Below are positions 54,169-64,000 of a stretch of 64,000 bases of DNA, one piece after another. The notes beneath the pieces were generated by a model, which saw only the letters and a list, made by a program, of their open reading frames with translations, searched no databases and was not told where the DNA came from. Position numbers and translations under genes: made by a program. This stretch comes from Eledone cirrhosa. Lineage: Eukaryota. The stretch spans positions 11,470,001 through 11,534,000 of the forward strand of contig OZ024746.1 of the NCBI GenBank assembly GCA_964016885.1. Direction: 5' to 3'. Within the stretch, counting starts at the first letter, position 1. Each line of letters opens with the position of its first letter.

Positions 54169-54256
54169 AAATAAGCTCCCTTGCAACAGATTGATCTTTC
54201 ATCTACGGATATCCCAACCCCCACCCCACACACACATATATACGGGCTCTGATTCT

Positions 54257-54302
<46 letters not shown>

Positions 54303-54897
54303 TGATTGAAACATTTGTAGTTTTCTGAAGATCATATACAATATGTTAGACATTATTTTTTGTAAAAAATATCCCTCATTGTGTGAGATTGAAGAAAATC
54401 AAGAATATACATGGTAGGGAAGGGATAACCACACACAAACATATATTTATATGCATACAAAAACATTCATATTCGTCATCATACATGTGTATGTTTGTAT
54501 GTATATGTGTACTCTATATAAAAACAACTGTATTGAGTTTTCTGAACATTCATTGTCATTAAGGACTGTGTGTGTGTGTCTAACACGTGTTTAACATGTT
54601 TACAAGTTTATATACTGAATGTCTGTCTATATCAAAGTATTTGTCTATCTCAAGAATCTAATTTCGTCAATATAAGTATTGCAGTTGTTCTTTAAGCTCT
54701 CTACCGAAAGAATTGCAGTCTAAGTGGCTGAATATTCCACACAAACTTGTGTCTTCAACATGTTCCTTTGGCAGGCTCTTTAAATTACAGAGATAATCCA
54801 TCTGATAGACAACTACATCATTTTTATCTACCAAATTGCAATACCATGGCATGAGCCAACTCAAGGCCATGATAAAAGATACCTTGTCATATATATA

Positions 54898-54940
<43 letters not shown>

Positions 54941-55099
54941 GTAAGAAGCAATTAAAAGACTTGGCACCATTGGCAACATTGCCACAAAAAGTACCCCATG
55001 ATCAGTATGAAGCTTGTCGTGGAGCCTGCAAGGCTCATCTCTGCTCGAGCAGGGACAGCCCCCTATATATATATATCCAAACGACTTAAAGATATTTAC

Positions 55100-55135
<36 letters not shown>

Positions 55136-55271
55136 ATATTAATAAATGTGAAGACTAATACCAATATATATATATATTGATTTCTCAGTTTCAGAAGATC
55201 CCGTAAAAGGGTGAGAATTGCGATTCTTTGCTTATACTTTAATCTGTACATATAATAAATATTTGCTCTAC

Positions 55272-55321
<50 letters not shown>

Positions 55322-56150
55322 ATATATAATACATATATATACACACACATAAATAAATAAAGACATTGAGTATAAAGACATATGACACCAAATTTATGTA
55401 TTTTCCTGTGAATTTAACATGTTTACAGGTTTATACACTGAATGTCTATATCAAAGTATTTGTCTATCTCAAGAATCAAATTTCGTCATTTTATTATTGA
55501 ATACTTTCTGCTTTTGTTTCTAAAAAATTTGATTGAAAAGATATACAAGTATCTATAAAAATGTGTCCATGTCTGTATTCAAAGTCCAATCAAGAATGAT
55601 TTTGAAATTTCAATGTATATTCCTGAGTTAGGCGATGCTAATATGTTTAGCAAAGAAGCCCAAAACAATCTCAACTATTTGCTACAACATAAATTTTCAA
55701 AGTATCTGATATTAGTGTTGTATTACACATAACAACAACAAACAAAACAAAGAGAGTATTGTACCAAACAATACCAAAAACAGCAAAATAACTGAGAAAT
55801 ATAAAAAAAAAAGAATATCTTACACCAGAGATAAGTAAATATTTGCTTCACTAGCTTTAGATGTGTAAATGTATGCGTATATCATTCTTTCATCTTTCAA
55901 TACTCAGCAATATCTAACACATTTAAGATGTGCGTTTGTGTGTATGTATATACATACACATGCACACACAAATATACATATACATGCATAAGGTGTATAT
56001 ATATTTATGTATACATATATATGTATGTTGTTATACAAACACACACAAACATACATATACATTTATATCAAACAGGCATGCATATTTATACATTCATACA
56101 CATACAATGTTATATTCAATTCAGAGAAATCCAAAAGATATTTAAGACCC

Positions 56151-56205
<55 letters not shown>

Positions 56206-56263
56206 TACATATATATACACATATACATATATACACATACACACATATATATATATACACATA

Positions 56264-56297
<34 letters not shown>

Positions 56298-56789
56298 CAC
56301 ATATATATACACACACACATATATATATACACACATATATATACACACACATATATATACACACACATATATATATATATATATACACACACATATATGT
56401 ATTCCTTATACAACCCTACTCAACAACAAAATACTATATATATACGCACACATACATACATACATACATATATACATACACACGCACACACATATATATA
56501 TATTCTGAAATTGTAATGACACACTAAATGAGCAAATTGACAGAAAAAAGAATTAACAAAACAACAAAATACATTAAAAAAATTCCGAAAGACAAATATT
56601 AGTGATGAGAATGGTAATGGAGAAACTAGCTATAGGTACCTCTACTTGAGTTGAGGTTCATGTGGGATGAGTTACACTCCAACCAATGAATTCAGAGCAT
56701 TTTAAAAAGGCTAATCACAGACATCTAAATGTAGAGATGCTCAACTAGTCGTGATTCAAATGGCAGGCATCATCTCTAAACTCTAAAGT

Positions 56790-57052
56790 CTGTCTCAAGC
56801 CAGAAGGGTCATCAGGCCAGCGCTTATCCTGGTTTTGTGATGTGAAGTGACAGAGTACAAGACTCCCCATTGGACAGGACACCAGTCCATCGCAGGGTTA
56901 AACCCCCAGCTATTTCTGGTGCTCATTTTCAGCTGAGTATACTAGAGCAACGTGAAATGGAGTGTTTTGCTGAAGAACACAATACACAACTGAGCCCAGG
57001 AATCAAACCCACGATCCTAAGTCCAACACCCTTACCACTAGGCCACACACCT
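56790..57052 (-). mobile_element. tRNA-derived CORE-type SINE with a different 3' domain
   Basis: Minus-strand head GGTGTGTGGCCTAGTGGTAAGG...GGTTTGATTCC, then CORE GTGTTCTTCAGCAAAACACTCCATTTCACGTTGCTCTAGT. Confidence 0.75.
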
Positions 57053-57895
57053 CAACATCACCATATATGTGAAGACCAGATATCAATTTGAGATCCAACT
57101 TGGCCGTACAAATTAACAATTGTCCACCTTGACTTGTATTACCCTGATGTTTGGTATTACTGAAGATGGACATTGATAGAATTGAGCATCCGTAGGGATA
57201 CGAACTTGCTGCATATGGCATATACCACTTGACTTACGCAACATGATTGCTTCAGCTGAACAAATTCCGCTCCCATGCATTCTCATCATCAATGGGACCA
57301 GCAAATAGGGTTGTAACCCTTGAAATTGCTTATGTAAAATCTAGTGCTCCTGGATCAGGCATTGATTGACCTCTGTCATTACAAGTAGCTTACAGTATCG
57401 GTATCTTATGAAATCAAAGGCACATCCTGTTCTGATATTTGGTGGTTTCCTTGATCGGTACTTTCAACAGCGACTGTCAAAATCTGACATAAAGAAGTTT
57501 TGCTGTGGATTACACTTTCCAGAAGTGTTGGAGACCCCCCCTGTAAAATTCATCTACAATGAAACTATTACCAGTATCAGTCTATGCACTTTTTATATAT
57601 AGAGTAATAAATGTTTTAAGAAGGAATTATAGGTTTCTCTCCTACACTTCTCATCAGTAATATTGGTATTCTGTTTAACACAGTGTTTTATTATCAATTT
57701 GCTGTTACTATACCAATTCCAAGATATATGTATATCTATGTGTGTGTGTATAATGGACTCTTAAAACTTTTTCACTAAAACAAATTTCGATTTTTAAGAA
57801 AATTATTAGTAAATCCTGTATATGCAGCAAGTAATAACATCAGGTTCTTGATTTTCGAGTCTAATTATTTCTAATTTAATTTAATTTGTGTGTAT

Positions 57896-57972
<77 letters not shown>

Positions 57973-58712
57973 TACACACAAATCTATACACAGATTCACT
58001 ACATTGTTACTCAGAGTTTCTTACACGAAATATTACATGCTTGATCAGCCATGCAATTTCGTGATTAGCAGAGCTGCTAGTGATATATCCACAGAGGTGT
58101 AGTAAACATGGTTCTTATTGGTCAAGGCAGGTCACGTCATCATGACTGTCGTAAGACGACAATGAAATATGGTTTGCTGAATTACTATTACGTCAACAAG
58201 GGAGACTACTCTGTGCAGCTTACAGGAAATTTCTGCTATTTGTTTTTTTTTTTTCCTTTTGCCCTCTCGAAGACAAAATCTTCTGTTGACATCAGATGAC
58301 ACTTCGGGCCTCCTGTTGAGATACATATCTGGAATTTTGTCAGATAGGCAAAGCCTACGATTTTACAAATCAATGAAAGTATGAGGTAGCTCTGTTGACA
58401 ATGTTCCATGTTACTAAAGGACGGTCCCTAAGTTTTCAAATAAATACAAAGAAATGGAATTTTTTCCTTTTCTGAGCTGATGAAAGCAACATTTGAAAAT
58501 GTTCATGGTAAAGCCCTTGTAATTCCTTTAGATACCTTTTTGGATGCTCAGCATAAATTTTGAATGTGTGAAACTCCAAGAAACAATGAAATGGATCGAT
58601 AATTTTTAACTTAATATAAAGTCTACATAACGCATTGTCTTCTACTTTTTCTCTTGTACATGCAAACCTACATACACAAATATTAAAATCGTGTGTGTGC
58701 ATGTACACATAC

Positions 58713-58758
<46 letters not shown>

Positions 58759-58860
58759 GACACAGATTTATAATAGAGATACTTATGTATGTACATATTA
58801 GATTTAATAGATCTATACATACATTACACACACACAAACATATACATGCGTGTATGCATG

Positions 58861-58935
<75 letters not shown>

Positions 58936-59281
58936 ATATAGTTAAATTTAATTACTTCTAGGTATATTGATTTTCTTGTATTCAACCATGTTTATGAAAT
59001 AAACTGGAAAAGGGATAGAAAAAGGATAGAAAATGTAAAGAAAAACTGCCCTTTATGGCAAAGATGGGCTCTTTCATAACTGGTGGATTAGATGAGAGTA
59101 CAGATGTATGGAGGAACTATGTATCACTGTGTCTATGTTTTTAATTATATGACAATGTATTGGAGTTGTTTTATTTATTTATATATATATATATTTTTTT
59201 TTTTGTAACTTTTAAACATATTTGTGGAGATGGTTCAAATGTGGAATATTTCTAGTGTGACACGTGTGGTTGTATACTTAC

Positions 59282-60236
59282 TGATCTGAGATGTGGACTT
59301 GGGGTCGTCGAGGGACTTGGTTGAGTGGGTGACTGAGTACTGTTGCTCAATGAGACAACAGTGTTAGATGCTGCTCCTAACGACACTGAGGTCAGCACAG
59401 AGCCTGCCTCCATAAACATGGTATTCCGTGGCATGTTGGTAAAAAGGCTGTTGCTTGATACTGATTGAGAAGATGAAGAGGAGGAAGAAGAGGAGGAGGA
59501 GGAGGAAGAAGAAGAATCCAGCATATTTGAAGTTTTGTTACCAGCACATGAACTTTTCACACTTCCATTGTGATTACGTTTGATACTGCTGCCACTGCAT
59601 TGTTCATCTTGCGTTGGCACCTGTGTCATGACTGAATCAGCCATGCAGGAAATATTTATATATTGTCCATTAACCAAACCTTGCTGTGAATCAAAACCCG
59701 TAACCACAAATCCAAATTCTTTTATTTTAGTCAATTGTGGGTCAATGGAAGGGTTTTGTTTTCCTGTTGGGAGAGTTGCATTGAAATGGCTAAGGGTGGT
59801 ACTGCTTAAATTAACATTTGGGTACGCAAAGGGTGCAACTGTGTTATTCGGACTGTAAACCGACATGTTCATTACATTGTTGGAAAAATTCGTACAATTA
59901 GGGTTGGAAGTAGCAGCTGAAACTGGGCCGGTTTGTATAACACCACTACTGCCTCCACTTCCCCCACCACTGCTTCGTTTTCGTTTGGCTAGGTTACTAC
60001 CAGCAACATTCGAGAGCAGCCCAGGACTTTTTGTACCACTGTCTTTTGGTTTGGAGGATTTGCTGGTAGACGATTTTGATTTGGGCTTTACAGCACCTTT
60101 GTTTGTTGAATTAATTACACTATTCGAACTGTGGCTGCTTCCAGACATGGGGTCAACCATATTAAATTCATAAGGGTCCTTTGAATTTGTGACGAGCTGC
60201 GTTTCTTTTGGTAAGTTGGATTCAACACACAATTTC
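59282..60236 (-). CDS. ATXN7: Ataxin-7-family gene, large internal exon (read-through to TAG at 59252 gives an alternative terminal form)
   Basis: Acceptor TTTTTCGGTTCTATTCACAG. 955 nt open in the frame joined to the upstream exon (...HPPPH-K-KLCVESNLPKETQLVTNSKDPYEFN...), with an NLS-like KRKR. Donor TCA/GTAAGT at 59281, phase 0. Confidence 0.85.
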
Positions 60237-60557
60237 CTGTGAATAGAACCGAAAAATAAATTTTGTTATAAGGGCTGAAGAGGTAGAGACAAAAGTACTC
60301 AATGAACTTTATCAATTTACCTTACTAAGCAACAGATGTTTAATGTTCATTTGTTATCAATAGATACATTAATAGTTAAGTGCTATTGCAAACACTAATA
60401 TTTAGGATATTTAACCAAAGTGAGAATGAATGATTTATTGATAAATATTGCAAATGAAGAAGTCTTCACTTTATGTGAAGTCAAATGTGGGCCTCATAGT
60501 TTATACCAGAGACCATTTGAAGACTTCATAGAGCATCCTTTCCCATTATAGTCTTTT

Positions 60558-60748
60558 GGACGGTGGATTGGCAGTATCGGTGGAGGGTCGGACGCCATGC
60601 TTTGCAGCACAGTTACGTCCCTTTATGGACTGAGTTCAAATCCCGCCAAGGTTAACTTTGCTTTTCATCCTTACGGGGTCGATAAAATAAAGTACCAGTA
60701 ATACACTGAGATAATTTCTGGCCTTGTGCCAAAAGTAGAAACAATTAT
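60558..60748 (+). mobile_element. Young SINE, copy 5
   Basis: Same family as 7513-7699. Confidence 0.88.
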
Positions 60749-63540
60749 TTTACTGGTCTCAGTTATGGGACTTGCAGCCATACTGGAACATTGCCTTCAA
60801 GGATTATTGATCTCAGAGCTTATTTCAGTATAGTACTCATGTTAATATGACATATCAAATGTTTCTTCTAGCAATTTTTCCTTTCCAAGAGACTTTTATC
60901 AAAGCTTCAAAATATTTACAACTGTTTATGAATTAAACATGATTAAAATTAATTAAAATGTACTCTGTTGGGTACATATGTGCGTATGTTGTATCCAGTC
61001 CTTAAAATCTGATATTACTTCTTCAGCTTCAAAAGATTCCTGCTTTTGTTTAGTGTGTAGAATTTTAATAAATTATTTAAGCTATATAGTCACAGTTAGA
61101 TAAATTGAAATATTTGCCTCCCTTAACTAACTTTGAGATGACACATGCACAAACTAAACAAATATATATATATTTATAATAATTTCAAACATGATTAACA
61201 AATAATTCTACAAAGTTCAAAATGACTAACTAAAAAGCTAAATAAAGAAAAAGAACTAACAATATCCCAAAACATTTCAACATTATACTTTATAACCTTT
61301 TAAATAATTTTGATATTTATTTTTATTCTGAAGAAATTTGATACTTAAAAATATTAATTATATATAAAAGAAGGTTTTAAAATGATGCATTCTGTGTAGT
61401 TTTTGTTAACAGAGCAAATTGTATCTAAAACCAATATTAAAAACCATGAAAGTTTTATTAAAAATATCAAATAGATATCAATTTTTAATAATAATGGTTT
61501 TTGTTTTTCTTTTCAATTTGTAAAGAAAACCGACTTAAAATCTAGTAAAAGAGTATTTTATTTACAAACTGCAGCAGGCACTAGAGTTAGATATTTATTT
61601 GTGGAGAAAACAAGACTTTGTTGATAGTTTAATAATGTTGAAAACCATATGAATTCAGAGTTCCCAAGTGAAACAGCAAAAACCCAGAGAGTCACCTATC
61701 CAACAATGCTATATTTGAAATCAGTATATGTTCAAGACATTTATACTAAAATCTCATACTAAGTTAAAGAAATATTAATATTAAAATGTTTTGTTTTGTT
61801 TTTTTAAACTAAAGATACTGAAACAATATCATAAAATATATCTATAAAGATTAAAAAAATCTACAAAAGGAAAAAAAACAAATATAACAAAATCTCAGAT
61901 ATCTTTATAAAACCAAACATTCTCCTCCTATATCTTCAATAAAACAGAATCAATTATACTATAAGCAGATGCTGAAATATACATCATCCAATGAATGCAG
62001 TTAAACAGATTTAACGTATAATAGAACTATTGCTGGTTGAGTCATTAACCCTTGTGATACCAACCTGCCTGAAACTGCCAACTGTCTATTTTAAAGTGTT
62101 TATATCTAAATTTTAACATTCTTTTTCGCTCACTAATTCCTAGGAGGGACAAGGCAGAATCCTGAAGCACACCTTCCAATGGGTCTTGTCAGAAGCAATA
62201 GTTTCCAATTGATCTGACTGGATCCACAAACGAGACCAGCTGAGCTCATTATTTCAAGTAACAATTTTGTTGTTATGTTCTTAACACCAATTTAAGTTAT
62301 ATCAAATTCTTGATTATTTAAAAAATTAATTGAAACACATTTAATGTATTACATGAGAAATAGGGCCAGGAAAGGGTTACAGTAATTACTCTGTCAGCTG
62401 AATAATCACCAGTGTATCCAATTAACATTGTTACACTGTACCTAGTAGATATTTAGCTGTCAGTAACCTGCTCCATCTAGTTGTAGACAGATGCAGCTCA
62501 ACCGTGAAGGTAATGGGATCACTGTACAACTGATTAATGGTAAATTAGATTGAATGAACAAGCCTTCAACAGATTGCCATTCTTACCCATAGGTGGAGAT
62601 AATCCTAAGAAAACTGTGATAACCCCTAAATACCACATGAACTTTTTATCTTTTAAATCCTTTTGATAATAACTGCCTTAATAAAGAATTAGTTACTTTA
62701 CTAAAAATCACCAAATTCTTGATTATTTTGACTATTAACTGAAACATGTGGGCAGTGTATCTCATTAGAAATATAGACATGGAAATATAAAATACATTAT
62801 CTGATCAAGATATTAACATAGAGTCATGGTTTTCATTTATGCATTAATTGTACAAATCAAAGACTTCCAAGATGACAAAATAATATGCAAGAAAAAACTG
62901 ATAAATGTACAGCAAATACCCTCTAATAGCAATACAGTATATTTCTGCAATGTCTGAATTATTAGCTTGCTGACCTCAGATGGATACATGAAATCAATAT
63001 TAACCAAACCAGAAGCAACACTTATTTCTATATATGAGGAATTTTGGCAGCACAACTAAGATTATCACATCTATACTTACAATAATTTTGGTATACTGGA
63101 TACAATGTTTCACCTGGTAATGTTAAGCTTAAAACCTTACAATTGTGTAAACTGAATGTGCGTATGGACTAAATATGAGATCATGAAGGGACATCATCTC
63201 TAGGAGGAGGAGGAGATTTAAATGGGATAGTTATCTTTATTGTAATATCCATAAAGAGCGGGGTGGTGGGGAAGGACTATTTTTATAAAATGCTATAAAT
63301 AGTATTTACTTTGTATGATATATAAAGTAAAACTAAGAAAATGACAGAAAATAGCATAGCAAACAAATCATTATTTGTATAAAATAAGTTTACATTACAA
63401 AAAGTAACCAGATAAAAATATATGCCTTGACAATAGCAAAGATGTCAGTTGTAGATCCAACATATGCTAGCATATAAACAAGAAATAGATGTAAAGTATA
63501 AGAAACAGAAATGTATGTTAGCATTATAAATGATACTTAC

Positions 63541-63662
63541 TTATGTGGAGGAGGATGATTTAATCGTTCCAATACATTATAGAGAGTAGAGTGAACTAAA
63601 TCACTTTTTCTGTTAAATAAACAGACTCCGTTTTTCAAAAACCGACCTCCAAATGTACACAT
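63541..63662 (-). CDS. ATXN7: Ataxin-7-family gene, conserved-block exon (gene continues beyond the window)
   Basis: Acceptor TTATTTCCTTTCTAG and donor AA/GTAAGT. Encodes MCTFGGRFLKNGVCLFNRKSDLVHSTLYNVLERLNHPPPH(K), which aligns by eye with the block I recall from human ataxin-7 (FCTFGSRQIGRGYYVFDSRWNRLRCALNLMVEKHLNAQLWKK). Confidence 0.8.
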
Positions 63663-64000
63663 CTAGAAAGGAAATAATCATTTTTATACTTGAAACAATA
63701 AATAGGAGACAAAAAAAAATATAAACATAAAAGAAGAAACACCACTGTAGAAATGGTCTGATAAGTGTGGTATTTTTAGTCAATTATATTAACCCCAGTA
63801 CTTTGGTACTTATTTCTTATTTCATAATTGAGCAGCTTTTGGTTCGGTTGACTAGAGCAGATATCATGATTACAGATGGGCTACAAAGCTACTGAATCTA
63901 ATGAGAGCTTATTCTAGTTCTACATAAGCAGTGGTTCACTGTTATAGCAAGGAATCTGACACCTTAAATATCAAGTCTGTGTTCCTGCTATTAAGTTAGA

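Noticed and set aside
59580-60173. Plus-strand ORFs of 92 and 102 aa
   Set aside because: Antisense shadows of the ataxin-7-family exon.

Overview
Eukaryotic, AT-rich, repeat-dense DNA. The SINE/RTE/Penelope repeat content and (TA)n/(CA)n load point to an octopus-like cephalopod genome (inference). The only host gene I can support is the 3' part of a minus-strand ataxin-7-family gene, built by hand from four phase-compatible exons: 63541-63662, 59282-60236, 16467-16533 and 15087-15658. These include a ~42.7-kb intron and a possible intronic alternative terminal end (stop at 59252). The big intron holds a 5.4-kb array of a 24-bp unit, each carrying a CCAAT box, with a 7-unit (168-bp) sub-periodicity. 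It also holds further minisatellites, RTE LINE fragments, tRNA-derived SINEs, a Tc1/mariner element with ~250-bp TIRs, MITEs, and Penelope-like relics carrying hammerhead-ribozyme folds. One fold (37797-37892) lies on the gene's sense strand with an apparent U3-A8 compensatory core. Downstream of the gene lie L1/Tx1-like and R4/Dong-like relics, a SINE cluster and a decayed mariner. Most ORFs in the supplied track are repeat artefacts. All calls were made by eye; no searches or folding programs were run.
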